Below, piece by piece: positions 18,215 through 28,069 of a stretch of DNA of 64,000 nt (position 1 is the stretch's first letter; every line of letters begins with the position of its first letter). A program made the position numbers and the translations under genes. The notes beneath the pieces were generated by a model, which saw nothing but the letters and a program-made list of their open reading frames with translations, was not told the DNA's origin and ran no database searches. Source of the stretch: Candidatus Ruania gallistercoris (GTDB taxonomy: Bacteria > Actinomycetota > Actinomycetes > Actinomycetales > Beutenbergiaceae); the NCBI GenBank assembly GCA_019116305.1, contig DXBY01000049.1, positions 9,386 through 73,385 on the forward strand, in the 5' to 3' direction.

Positions 18215-19219
18215 ATGCCCCGGCCGCGAGGCGCTCACCGGCCGCCTCGCCCGCGTGGGGCCCTGTCATACGAGAAGTCGCCCATGGAGCTGGGTGCGCT
18301 CGTTGACCGCCTGGTCGACCGCGGTCTGGTCGTTCCCGACAGGGACCGAGCTCTCCGGTACCTCCGCCACATCGGCTACTACCGCCTGTCGCCTTACACG
18401 ATCCCTTTCCAGCGCGGTGGTCCCGATCATCTCCTGCACGACAGGACCTCCTTCGACGACGTCCTGGGTCTCTACGTCTTCGACCGCGCGCTGCGCCTTG
18501 TGGTCATGGACGCCCTCGAGCGGGTCGAGGTCGCTGTGCGAGCAGCACTCACAGACCACATGTCCACCACTTACGACGATCCGCACTGGTACATCGACCC
18601 CGGGCACTTCAGCGATCGCCGCAAGCACACTCGACTCCTGAGGATCGTCAAGGACAACTGCGACGACCGCCTTCGCGGAACCCCTGACGCCGGTGAGGAC
18701 TCACTGGTCCACCGTTCCGCCCTCGAGCACTACCTCACCACCTACGGTTCCCCTGAACTCCCGCCGTCCTGGCTCATGGTCGAGACCATCACCGTGGGGC
18801 AACTGACCAGTGCATACCGGAACCTCACGCGTCGCGCTGACCGCACTGCCGTCGCCCGTAGTATCGGCCTGACAGCCCCGGTGCTGGAGTCGTGGATGCA
18901 GACCTACGTCCGTGTCCGGAACGTCTGCGCACACCACGGTCGACTCTGGAACGTTGGCCTCGGCGTCTACCCCGCGATACCGAACTCACCTACGGTGTCC
19001 TGGCTGGAGGCGGAAGAAGCACTGCCAGAACGATCCAGAAGGCGGCTCTACCCCGTCTTGGTCTCGCTCCAGACCGTTCTCGAGACGATCTCACCGCGCA
19101 GCAGCTGGGCCCACAGGCTTCATGGTCTAGTCAGCACCAGGCCGGCGATGAACCTTCGCGGCATGGGCATCCCCGACGCTTGGACAAACGACCCGTTCTG
19201 GCGTCGTCATCTCGACTGA
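18215..19219 (+). CDS. Abi family protein (Abi_2, AbiD/AbiF-like) with HEPN RNase motif
   Basis: L..RGL, YLRHIGYYRLSPY, LYVFDRALR..MDALERVEVAVR, and RNVCAHHGRLWN (RxxxxH at 18917-18934). GGAGG RBS at 18205-18209 precedes ATG 18215. Confidence 0.9.
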   Translation: MPRPRGAHRPPRPRGALSYEKSPMELGALVDRLVDRGLVVPDRDRALRYLRHIGYYRLSPYTIPFQRGGPDHLLHDRTSFDDVLGLYVFDRALRLVVMDALERVEVAVRAALTDHMSTTYDDPHWYIDPGHFSDRRKHTRLLRIVKDNCDDRLRGTPDAGEDSLVHRSALEHYLTTYGSPELPPSWLMVETITVGQLTSAYRNLTRRADRTAVARSIGLTAPVLESWMQTYVRVRNVCAHHGRLWNVGLGVYPAIPNSPTVSWLEAEEALPERSRRRLYPVLVSLQTVLETISPRSSWAHRLHGLVSTRPAMNLRGMGIPDAWTNDPFWRRHLD

Positions 19220-19241
19220 ACCTGCTACGAACTGCCATGGG

Positions 19242-20063
19242 TCACCTCGTCGCGTAGAACGCCACCGCCGAGCTCGCCGCGACATTCAGTGAGTCGACCC
19301 CACCCATCATCGGGATGGTCACTCGCCGGTCCAGCGCGCGCTCGGTGGTCGCCATCAGCCCGTGGCCCTCACTGCCCAGGATCAGCGCCAGGTGCTCGTG
19401 GTCCTGCGCCACCAGGTCATCGAGGGTGATCGCGCCCTCCCCCAGCGTCATTCCGGCCACCACGTAGCCGTCATCCTTCAGCTGCTGGATGCCTGCGGGC
19501 CAGTTCTCGATCCGGGTCCAGGGCACCTGGAAGACGGTGCCCATGGACACCCGCACACTGCGCCGGTAGAGCGGGTCGGCACAGGTCGGGGTGACCAGGA
19601 CCGCGTCGACGCCCATCGCCGCGGCGGAGCGGAAGCACGCACCGACGTTGGTGTGGTCGACCAGGCCCTCCAGGATCGCGACCCGGGAGCGACCGGTGCC
19701 GGGCAGCAGGTCCGCCACCTCCGGCAGCACCGGGCGGTGCATCGCCGCGAGCGCCCCGCGGTGCAGGTGGAAGCCGGTGATCGTGCGCAGCACGTCCTCC
19801 TCCGCCAGGTACACCGGGATCTCGCCGTGCTCGCCCGCACCCACCTGCTGCAGCAGGTCCTCCAGGTCCGGCAGCCACTTCGGTGCCATCAGGAAGGACC
19901 GGGGCCGGTGCCCCGCGGCCACCGCGCGGCGGATCACCGTGGAGCTCTCCGCCATGAACAAGCCGCGCTCGACCTCCAGGGTGCGGCGCAGCGCGACATC
20001 GGTCATCCGGGTGTAGTCGGACAGCTCGGCGGCGTCCGGGGAGTCCAGGGTCAGGATCGGCAC
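19242..20063 (-). CDS. TrmH/SpoU family RNA methyltransferase
   Basis: LEGLVDHTNVGACFRSAAAMG, RVSMG, ILGSEGHGL and DSLNVAASSAV. Confidence 0.93.
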   Translation of the reverse strand: MPILTLDSPDAAELSDYTRMTDVALRRTLEVERGLFMAESSTVIRRAVAAGHRPRSFLMAPKWLPDLEDLLQQVGAGEHGEIPVYLAEEDVLRTITGFHLHRGALAAMHRPVLPEVADLLPGTGRSRVAILEGLVDHTNVGACFRSAAAMGVDAVLVTPTCADPLYRRSVRVSMGTVFQVPWTRIENWPAGIQQLKDDGYVVAGMTLGEGAITLDDLVAQDHEHLALILGSEGHGLMATTERALDRRVTIPMMGGVDSLNVAASSAVAFYATR

Positions 20064-20072
20064 CCGGTGAGG

Positions 20073-21245
20073 CTACCGGGTGATCAGCCACCGCCGGGTC
20101 GGCCGGTGCCCGGCAGCCCGGTCGGCAGCGGCGAACTCGATCGCGTTCTGATAGTGCTGGACCACCTGGGAGTTCACCGCAGCCCAGGTGCGCCCGGCAG
20201 TCGCCTCCCGGGCCCGCATCCCCATCGCGGTACGGCTGAACGCGTCGGCAGCGAGCGTCCGCACGTGGGAGCGCAACGCGCTCAGGTCCCCCGGGGCGTA
20301 CAGGTAGCCGGTGGCACCATGGTCCACCAGGTCGATCGGCCCGCCCCGGGCCGGGGCCACCACCGGGACCCCGCTGGCGTGCGCCTCCTGGATCGTCTGG
20401 GCGAAGGTGTCCATCTCCCCGGTGTGCACGAACACGTCCAGGCTGGCCATCGTGCGGGCCAGGTCCGCCCCACCCAGGTGGCCGGTGAAGTGGGCACCGG
20501 GCAACCGCCGCGCGAGCCGGGACCGCTGCGGCCCGTCCCCGACGATCACCACCCGTACCCCGGGCAGGCCGGCGAGCACAGCCAGGTCCTCCACCTGTTT
20601 CTCCCGGGCCAACCGGCCCACGTAGCCGACCAGCACCTCCCCGCGGGGACCGAGCTCGGCGTGCAGTGCCTCGCTGCGGTGGGTCGGGGAGAACCGGTCC
20701 CGGTCCACCCCGTGCGGCCAGACCGCCACCCGGTGCACCCCGCGGTCCACCAGCTGCCCGCACGCGTAGCTCGACGGCGCCAGGGACAGCGTGGCGCTCT
20801 TGTGGATGTCCTCGATCCGCCGCCACAGCAACGGTTCGATCTGGCGCACCTTGTACCGCTTGGCATAGGTGGGCACCTCGGTCTGGTAGACCGCCACCGA
20901 GGGCAGTCCGAGCGCGTGCGCGGCCCCGATCGCCTGCCAGCCGAGCATGAACGGTGCCGCCAGGTGCAGCACATCCGGAGCGAAGCAGCGCAGATGCTCC
21001 TCCAGAGTGCGCACCCGCGGGCTGGACACCCGCATCTCGGAGTACCCGGGCAGGGACACCGCCCGGTACCGGCGCACGTCGGCACCGGCATAGTGGGTGA
21101 CCGCATCCTGACCACGGCCGGGTGCCGGAGCAAGGACGAGGACGTCGTCACCACGCTCGTGGAGGTGCTCCAGCAGCCGGAGCAGGGTGACGGTGACCCC
21201 ATTCGCCTGCGGGAGGAAGGATTCTGCGACTACCGCGATGCGCAC
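20073..21245 (-). CDS. GT4 glycosyltransferase (MgtA/PimB-like)
   Basis: MRIAVVAESFLPQANGV, YVGRLAREKQV and DTFAQTIQEAHASGVPVV. Confidence 0.88.
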   Translation of the reverse strand: MRIAVVAESFLPQANGVTVTLLRLLEHLHERGDDVLVLAPAPGRGQDAVTHYAGADVRRYRAVSLPGYSEMRVSSPRVRTLEEHLRCFAPDVLHLAAPFMLGWQAIGAAHALGLPSVAVYQTEVPTYAKRYKVRQIEPLLWRRIEDIHKSATLSLAPSSYACGQLVDRGVHRVAVWPHGVDRDRFSPTHRSEALHAELGPRGEVLVGYVGRLAREKQVEDLAVLAGLPGVRVVIVGDGPQRSRLARRLPGAHFTGHLGGADLARTMASLDVFVHTGEMDTFAQTIQEAHASGVPVVAPARGGPIDLVDHGATGYLYAPGDLSALRSHVRTLAADAFSRTAMGMRAREATAGRTWAAVNSQVVQHYQNAIEFAAADRAAGHRPTRRWLITR

Positions 21246-21266
21246 TCTCACATCGTGGCAGAACCG

Positions 21267-21296
21267 CCCGCGAAAGCGGGTCAGCCGGAAGGCTGA
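21267..21296. terminator. Two abutting short hairpins after the ABC exporter pair
   Basis: CCCGC-GAAA-GCGGG immediately followed by TCAGCC-GGAA-GGCTGA. Confidence 0.4.
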
Positions 21297-21356
21297 TGTT
21301 TCCGATTCCGATCTCCCCCGAACGTAGCCCCTCCCCCAGGGTCGCGAAGGCGCAGG

Positions 21357-23378
21357 TCAGTCCACCGGGGCTGCGGCCGCTGCGAACTGCGACTGGTACA
21401 GCTTCGCGTACGCACCGCCGGCGGCAAGCAGCTGCTCGTGGCTGCCCTGTTCGACGATGTCCCCCTGCTCCATCACCAAGATGATGTCGGCATCGCGGAT
21501 CGTGGACAGCCGGTGCGCGATCACGAAGCTGGTACGGCCCACCCGCAGGGCGTTCATCGCCTCCTGCACGAGCACCTCGGTGCGGGTGTCCACCGAGCTG
21601 GTCGCCTCATCCAGGATGAGGATCGGCGGGTCGGCGAGGAACGCCCGGGCGATGGTGAGCAGCTGCTTCTCCCCCGCGCTGACCGCAGTGCCGTTGGTGC
21701 CCTCGTCGTCCAGCACAGTGTCGTACCCCTCGGGCAGTGTGCGCACGAACGGGTCCACATGGGTGGCCTCCGCGGCCTGCAGCAACCGTTCAGCGGGCAC
21801 CTGCTGGTGCGCGCCGTAGCTGATGTTCTCCGCCACCGTGCCGCCGAAGAGCCAGGTGTCCTGCAGCACCATCCCAATCTTGCTGCGCACCTCGGCCCGA
21901 GTCAGGTCGCGCGTGTCCACGCCGTCGATGGTGATCCGGCCCTCGAGCACGTCGTAGAACCGCATGATCAGGTTCACCAACGTGGTCTTACCCGCACCGG
22001 TGGGACCCACGATCGCGACCGTCTGGCCGGGTTCGGCCACGAACGACAGGTCCTCGATCAGCGGCTTGTCCGGGGTGTAGGAGAACTTCACGTGCTCGAA
22101 GGCAACCCGGCCGGCCACCTCCCCGAGACGGGCCGGCGTGACCGGATCACCGGACTCCTCCTCGGCGTCCAGCATCTCGAACACCCGCTCGGCCGAGGCC
22201 GCCCCGGACTGAACCATGTTCATCAACGACGCGATCTGGGTGATCGGCTGGGAGAACTGGCGGGAGTACTGCACGAACGCCTGCACATCGCCCAGGCTCA
22301 TCGTGCCGGAGGTGATCCGGACCGCACCGAGCACGGCGATGGCCACGTAGCCGATGTTCGACACCCAGCCCATCACCGGCTGGATCGTGCCGGTGATGAA
22401 CTGCGCCTTGAACGAGGCGGCGAACAGCTGCTCGTTCTCCTCCCGGAAGGTGGTCACCGCCCGCTCCTGGTGACCGAACACAGTCACCAGGTCGTGCCCG
22501 GTGTACATCTCCTCCACGTGCGCGTTCACCGTTCCGGTGCGCTTCCACTGCTCCACGAACTGCGGTTGGGAACGTTTCGCGATCTGGGAGACCACGACGG
22601 CGGAGACCGGGATGGTCACCACCGCCACCAGGGCGAGCTGCCAGGAGATCCACAGCATCATGCCGAGCACGCCGAGCACGGTCAGGACCGAGGTGATCAG
22701 CTGGGACAGGATCTGCTGCACGCTCTGGGCGATGTTGTCGATGTCGTTGGTCACCCGGGAGAGCACCTCACCGCGCGCCTGGCGGTCGAAGTAGCGCAGC
22801 GGCAGCCGGGACAGCTTGGTCTCCACCTGTTCGCGCAGCCGGTACACGGTCTGCTGCACCACCGTGGTGATGATCCGCCCCTGCAGCCAGGTGAACACGA
22901 ACGCGGCGATGTAGACGGAGAAGACCACGGCCAGGCTCATCGCCAACCGGTCGAAGTCCACCCCCTGCCCGGGCACCACGTTCGGCATCCCGGCGAGGGT
23001 GTCGGCGAGGGTACCGCGCCCGGCGGCCCGCAGTGCTTCGATCGTCTCCGCGCGGGTCATCGACGGATCGAGCATCGCCCCGACCACGCCGTCGAAGATC
23101 ACGTTGGTGGCGTTGCCGAGCAGCTTGGGGCCCACCACCATACCGGCGGTGGCGAGCAGGCCGAAGACCACCGCGGTGATGATCCGGGCACCCTCCACCC
23201 GCAGCTCGGTGACCATCCGGCGCAGCGTGCCACCCAGGTCGGAGGGCTTCTCCGCGGGCATCCCCATCCCGCCGGGGCCGTGGCCCTGGGGGCGGCGCTC
23301 GGCGGGAGTGGCGTCGGCCTTCTGGTCGGAGTCGTCGGCCCTCTCCCCGGCGGTCGGGTCGTGTGGCTCGGTGCTCAT
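21357..23378 (-). CDS. Heterodimeric ABC exporter subunit (TMD+NBD; consensus Walker B/H-switch)
   Basis: GPTGAGKTT, VSAGEKQL, ILILDEAT and IAHR, plus multiple TM helices. Confidence 0.93.
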   Translation of the reverse strand: MSTEPHDPTAGERADDSDQKADATPAERRPQGHGPGGMGMPAEKPSDLGGTLRRMVTELRVEGARIITAVVFGLLATAGMVVGPKLLGNATNVIFDGVVGAMLDPSMTRAETIEALRAAGRGTLADTLAGMPNVVPGQGVDFDRLAMSLAVVFSVYIAAFVFTWLQGRIITTVVQQTVYRLREQVETKLSRLPLRYFDRQARGEVLSRVTNDIDNIAQSVQQILSQLITSVLTVLGVLGMMLWISWQLALVAVVTIPVSAVVVSQIAKRSQPQFVEQWKRTGTVNAHVEEMYTGHDLVTVFGHQERAVTTFREENEQLFAASFKAQFITGTIQPVMGWVSNIGYVAIAVLGAVRITSGTMSLGDVQAFVQYSRQFSQPITQIASLMNMVQSGAASAERVFEMLDAEEESGDPVTPARLGEVAGRVAFEHVKFSYTPDKPLIEDLSFVAEPGQTVAIVGPTGAGKTTLVNLIMRFYDVLEGRITIDGVDTRDLTRAEVRSKIGMVLQDTWLFGGTVAENISYGAHQQVPAERLLQAAEATHVDPFVRTLPEGYDTVLDDEGTNGTAVSAGEKQLLTIARAFLADPPILILDEATSSVDTRTEVLVQEAMNALRVGRTSFVIAHRLSTIRDADIILVMEQGDIVEQGSHEQLLAAGGAYAKLYQSQFAAAAAPVD

Positions 23379-25105
23379 GAGGCCTCCTGCGCGGTGAGCT
23401 GGGAGGAGACGATCTCCTGGTAGGTCTGGTTGTCCGCGAGTAGTTCGGTGTGCGTGCCGCGGCCCACCAGCCGGCCGTGCTCGAGCACCAAGATCTGGTC
23501 CGCGTCCCGGATGGAGGCGACCCGTTGGGCGACCACGATCACGCTCGCTGCCCGGGTCTGCGGGACCAGCGCCGCCCGGAGCGCGGCATCGGTCGCGTAG
23601 TCCAGTGCGGAGAAGGAGTCGTCGAACAGGTACACGGCGGGGCGCCGCACCAGCGCACGGGCGATCGCGAGGCGCTGGCGCTGACCACCGGAGACGTTGG
23701 TGCCGCCCTGGGCGATCGGAGCGTCCAGACCACCCTCCATCGAGGAGACGAAGTTGGCTGCCTGTGCCACACGCAGCGCTGCCCAGAGCTCGTCGTCGGT
23801 GGCATCCTGCCGGCCGTAGCGCAGGTTAGAGGCGACCGTACCGGTGAACAGGTACGGCCGCTGCGGTACCAGGCCGATGATCTGGCGCATCAGCACCGGG
23901 TCGAAGTCGCGCACGTCCACACCGTCGATGCTGATCGATCCGCCGGTGGCGTCGAACAGCCGCGGCACGAGGGTGATCAGGGTGGACTTACCAGAGCCGG
24001 TGGAGCCGATGATCGCCGTGGTCTGCCCGGGTTCGGCGGTGAAGCTCAGCTCCTCCAGCACCGGTTCCTCGGCGCCGGGATACTGGAACGAGACCTCGGT
24101 GAACTGCACCCGCCCGCGCAACTCCTCCGGGCGCTGCGGGCGGTCCGGGGGCAGAACGGTCGGTGCGGAGGTGAGGACCTCCATGATCCGTTCGCTGGAG
24201 ACCGCGGCGCGCGGGGCGAACATGAACATCATCGTGGAGATCATCACCGCGAACATGATGAACATCAGATAGCTGAGGAAGGCGATGATCGAGCCGACGT
24301 CGGCGGCCCCTTCCTCGACCCGGTGCCCACCGAACCAGATCACCCCGATCGAGCCGATGTTCACGATCAGCATCACCAGCGGCATCGCGAACGCCATCAC
24401 CCGGCCGACCTTGACCGAGACCTCCCGCAGGTCGGCATTCTTGCGCTCGAAGCGCACCGCCTCCTCCCGCTCCTTGACGAAGGCGCGGACCACTCGGATA
24501 CCGGTGATCTGCTCCCGGAGCACCCCGTTGATGGCATCCAGGCGCTTCTGCATCGCCCGGAAGTAGGGCACCATCCGCCAGGCGACGACAGCCATCGTGC
24601 CACCGAGCACCGGGACCACCGCCACCAGCAGCAGGGACAGGCCGGGGTCCTGGTTCACCGCCATGATCACGCCGCCGATCAGCATGATCGGCGCCATGAT
24701 GATCACGGTCAGGCCCATGAACACGAACATCTGGACCTGTTGCACATCGTTGGTGGAACGGGTGATCAGCGAGGGGGTGCCGACCTGCGTCATCTCCTGC
24801 GTGGAGAAGGCCATCACCCGGGTGAACAGACCCTCGCGGACGTCCCTGCCGAGGGCCATCGCGGTCCGGGCGCCGAAGTAGATCGCGACCACGTTGGTCA
24901 GTGCCTGGACACCACTGATGGCGAGCATCAGGCCCCCGGTGCGCCAGATCAGGTCCACGTCACCGGTGACCACGCCCTCATCGATGATCTGAGCGTTCAG
25001 GGTAGGCAGGTACAGCGCGGCGAGGGTCTGGACGAGCTGCAGCACGCAGACGAGCAGGACCTCGGCGCGATACGGCTTGAGGTAGCGCCGGATCAGTTCG
25101 AGCAC
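23375..25105 (-). CDS. Heterodimeric ABC exporter subunit (TMD+NBD; degenerate Walker B/H-switch)
   Basis: GSTGSGKST, VSGGQRQR, YLFDDSFS and VAQR. This gives TM287/288-type asymmetry with its partner. Confidence 0.93.
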   Translation of the reverse strand: MLELIRRYLKPYRAEVLLVCVLQLVQTLAALYLPTLNAQIIDEGVVTGDVDLIWRTGGLMLAISGVQALTNVVAIYFGARTAMALGRDVREGLFTRVMAFSTQEMTQVGTPSLITRSTNDVQQVQMFVFMGLTVIIMAPIMLIGGVIMAVNQDPGLSLLLVAVVPVLGGTMAVVAWRMVPYFRAMQKRLDAINGVLREQITGIRVVRAFVKEREEAVRFERKNADLREVSVKVGRVMAFAMPLVMLIVNIGSIGVIWFGGHRVEEGAADVGSIIAFLSYLMFIMFAVMISTMMFMFAPRAAVSSERIMEVLTSAPTVLPPDRPQRPEELRGRVQFTEVSFQYPGAEEPVLEELSFTAEPGQTTAIIGSTGSGKSTLITLVPRLFDATGGSISIDGVDVRDFDPVLMRQIIGLVPQRPYLFTGTVASNLRYGRQDATDDELWAALRVAQAANFVSSMEGGLDAPIAQGGTNVSGGQRQRLAIARALVRRPAVYLFDDSFSALDYATDAALRAALVPQTRAASVIVVAQRVASIRDADQILVLEHGRLVGRGTHTELLADNQTYQEIVSSQLTAQEAS

Positions 25106-25161
25106 ACAGCGAAACTACACCGCTGTCGCTGCCCGACAGCAAGCGGATTATGGCATCAGCA

Positions 25162-26367
25162 CTACTGATTCGCTGACGGCGGAACGCCCTCGTCGTCAGC
25201 GGGCCGCTGCCCGGCCGCTGCGGTCGGGTCGAACGGTGCCCCGGAGGTCTCGCCCGCCTGGCTGGCTTCGGCGGTGGCCTCGGAGGCCTGCCCCCGGGCT
25301 TCGCGCAGGGCCTCGGCCGGGTCCTGCAGGGACGTCTCCGGAAGCTGCACATCCAGGGCGTCGAGGTGCTCCGGCGCGCCTGCGACCCGGCGGCCGCGGC
25401 GGGCCTCACCCTCGCCATCGGTGCCCGAGTCCGGTCCGGTGTCGCCGCCGGCAGGTGTGCCACCGGCAGGTTCGCCGCCGGTCGGCCCTGGCCCGAACGC
25501 CGACGTGATCGAGCCGAGCGCCGCTGTGAACTCGGTGGGGATGACCCAGAGCTTGGAGGAGGTGCCGTTGGCGATCTCCGGCAGCATCTGCAGGTACTGG
25601 TAGGCGAGCAGCTTCGGGTCCGCATCGCCTCGGTGGATCGCGTCGAAGACCTGCAGGATCGCCCGCGACTCACCCTGCGCCTTGAGGATCGCGGCCTGGG
25701 CCTGACCCTCGGCGGTGAGGATCGCGGACTGCTTCTCCCCCTCGGCGGTGAGGATCTGGGACTGCTTGACGCCTTCGGCGGTGAGGATCGCGGCGCGCCG
25801 GTCCCGCTCGGCGCGCATCTGCTGCTCCATCGCACCCTGCACGCTGGGTGGCGGGTCGATCGCCTTCAGCTCCACCCGGTTCACCCGGATCCCCCAGCGC
25901 CCGGTGGCCTCGTCCAGCACACCACGCAGCTGACCGTTGATCTGGTCCCGGCTGGTCAGGGTCTGCTCCAGGTCCATCGACCCGATGATGTTCCGGATCG
26001 TGGTGACGGTGAGCTGCTCGATCGCCTGGATGTAGTCCGCGATCTCGTAGGTGGCGGCCTTCGGGTCGGTCACCTGGTAGTAGACGACGGTGTCGATGCT
26101 GACCACCAGGTTGTCGGAGGTGATCACCGGCTGCGGCTGGAACGGCACCACCCGCTCACGCAGATCCACTCCGGCGCGGATCCGGTCGATGAACGGGATG
26201 AGGAAGTGCAGCCCGGCGTACATCGTGGACTGGTACCGGCCGAGCCGCTCGATGATCAGCGCACCGGCCTGCGGCACGATCCGGATCGAGCGCGAGATCG
26301 CGACGATGACGAACAGCGCGACCAGCGCGATGATGATGAAGCCGATGATCTGTCCGGGACTATCCAC
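25162..26367 (-). CDS. SPFH/band 7 (stomatin-like) protein
   Basis: N-terminal TM, IVPQ..IIERLGRY, VITSDNL, GIRVNRVELK and QMRAERDRRA. Confidence 0.93.
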   Translation of the reverse strand: MDSPGQIIGFIIIALVALFVIVAISRSIRIVPQAGALIIERLGRYQSTMYAGLHFLIPFIDRIRAGVDLRERVVPFQPQPVITSDNLVVSIDTVVYYQVTDPKAATYEIADYIQAIEQLTVTTIRNIIGSMDLEQTLTSRDQINGQLRGVLDEATGRWGIRVNRVELKAIDPPPSVQGAMEQQMRAERDRRAAILTAEGVKQSQILTAEGEKQSAILTAEGQAQAAILKAQGESRAILQVFDAIHRGDADPKLLAYQYLQMLPEIANGTSSKLWVIPTEFTAALGSITSAFGPGPTGGEPAGGTPAGGDTGPDSGTDGEGEARRGRRVAGAPEHLDALDVQLPETSLQDPAEALREARGQASEATAEASQAGETSGAPFDPTAAAGQRPADDEGVPPSANQ

Positions 26368-26445
26368 GTGCGGTGTCTCCCTCGGGTGGATCGGCGGGCG
26401 TTCCGCCGGTGGTCTGAGTCTAGGTGGGGCTGGTGGGCGGGACGG

Positions 26446-26955
26446 TCAGGGGCCGGAGGGCGCGGGCGGGTAGGGCTGGTCCGGACCGGTGTAGCCGTAC
26501 GGCCGGCTCGGGTCTGCGACCTCCTTCGGGCCGACGATCGCGGTGGCACCCTCGATCCGCAGCACGGTCACCGTGCTTCCGGTCGGCAGCATCACCCCGG
26601 CTTGTTCGATGCGTGCAGTCCACACCTCGCCGTGCAACTTCACCCGACCGGCCCGGTCGGTCACGTCAGAGACGACGGTGGCGCTGCGGCCGATCTGCGC
26701 GTCCACCCCGGTCTTCGCGTCCGGGGTGGAGGACTTCAGCTTGGTCAGTGCCCACGGCCGGACCCCGAACAGCAGCAGAACTGCCACCACGGCTGCGACC
26801 AGGAGCTGCACCCAGAAGGGGAGGCCGAGCGCTCCGGCAACGGCCGCGGCGACCGCCCCGCCGGCCAGCATCAGGAACAGCAGGTCCACTGTGAGCATCT
26901 CGATGACCCCGAGCACCAGCGCGGCGCCCAGCCACCACAACCAGCCCAGATCCAT
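26446..26955 (-). CDS. NfeD family protein (short form)
   Basis: Three hydrophobic segments followed by GRVKLHGEVWTAR OB fold. Directly upstream of the SPFH gene. Confidence 0.9.
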   Translation of the reverse strand: MDLGWLWWLGAALVLGVIEMLTVDLLFLMLAGGAVAAAVAGALGLPFWVQLLVAAVVAVLLLFGVRPWALTKLKSSTPDAKTGVDAQIGRSATVVSDVTDRAGRVKLHGEVWTARIEQAGVMLPTGSTVTVLRIEGATAIVGPKEVADPSRPYGYTGPDQPYPPAPSGP

Positions 26956-27027
26956 CTCGCTCTCCCTGTCCTCGGTCAGCGCCCTGCGGCCAGGCCGTGA
27001 CGCTGTGCTGCTGAGTGTAAAGGAGAA

Positions 27028-27870
27028 CTAAAACGGCCGCGAGGATATCCCGGAATCATGCGCATATCGCGCCTCTGCGGTGAGGTCGCCGGCGGCCCGG
27101 GCCGACCACCGGTGACCGTAGCGCTGCACGTCCAGGGCCAGTCCGAAGGTGCGGGAGAGGTTATCCGGGGTGAGGGCCTGCTCCAGCGGACCGGCAGAGA
27201 CCACCTGGCCCTCGCGGAGCAGCATCGCGTCGGTGAACCCGGGCGGGATCTCCTCGACGTGGTGGGTGATCAGCACCAGCACCGGAGAGGCGAGATCACC
27301 GGCGAGCTCGCCGAGGGCTCCGACCAGCTCCTCGCGGCCGCCCAGGTCGAGCCCGGCACCGGGTTCGTCCAGGATCAGCACCTCCGGATCGGTCATCAGC
27401 GCCCGCGCGATCTGCACCCGCTTGCGCTCCCCTTCGGACAGGCTGCCGAAGTACCGGTCCTCGAAGGCGGAGACACCGAAGGCGGCGAGCAGGTCCCGGG
27501 CCCGGGCGGTGTCCAGGTCCTCATAGGACTCCCGCCACCGGCCGGTGACGCCGTAGGAGGCGGTGAGCACCACGTCGAGCACCCGCTCCCCACCGGGGAT
27601 CCGGTCGGCCAGTGCGGCACTGGCCAGACCCACCATCGGGCGCAGCTCGAACACGTCCACCGCACCGAGTCGTTCACCGATGATCTCCACGGTGCCGCTG
27701 GTGGGATGCATCCGAGCCGAGGCCAGCTGCACGAGCGTGGTCTTACCGGCACCGTTGGGCCCCAGCACCACCCACCGTTCGCCCTCGTCGACCGACCAGG
27801 ACACCTGGTCCAGGATGGTCTTCTTCCCGCGTCGCACCGTGACGTCGTCGAACTGGAGCACATCTCCCAT
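27028..27870 (-). CDS. ABC transporter ATP-binding protein (ModF/YlmA-like, stand-alone)
   Basis: GPNGAGKTT, LSEGERKR, LILDEP and ITHH. Confidence 0.9.
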   Translation of the reverse strand: MGDVLQFDDVTVRRGKKTILDQVSWSVDEGERWVVLGPNGAGKTTLVQLASARMHPTSGTVEIIGERLGAVDVFELRPMVGLASAALADRIPGGERVLDVVLTASYGVTGRWRESYEDLDTARARDLLAAFGVSAFEDRYFGSLSEGERKRVQIARALMTDPEVLILDEPGAGLDLGGREELVGALGELAGDLASPVLVLITHHVEEIPPGFTDAMLLREGQVVSAGPLEQALTPDNLSRTFGLALDVQRYGHRWSARAAGDLTAEARYAHDSGISSRPF

Positions 27871-28069
27871 AGCCCTGAGCCTACGGCACTTGCCAGCCGA
27901 CCAGACCAGCCCCGGAGCGCGCCGTCAGCCGGGCCTGCCGCGCCTGCCGGGCGATCGCGGTGCACCGTGGACGACAACGGACGACGACGGCTGGAGCTGC
28001 AGTGGTCACGTCACCCGGCGTAGGTGCTCGATCGTGCCACCGGCCCGCTCGGCGCGATACGTTCAGCCG

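Noticed and set aside
17965-19242. Abi gene as part of a prophage, IS or integrative element
   Set aside because: No integrase, transposase, tRNA target or flanking direct repeats were seen. Only a modest GC drop supports foreign origin.
21258-21300. c-di-GMP-I (GEMM) riboswitch suggested by GGCAGAACC...GAAA
   Set aside because: Wrong strand for any downstream gene, and the conserved GGACGCAAAGC element is missing.
19362-25168. Several 570-660 aa plus-strand ORFs opposite trmH, GT4 and the ABC genes
   Set aside because: Mirror frames of real minus-strand genes, with no independent RBS or motifs.
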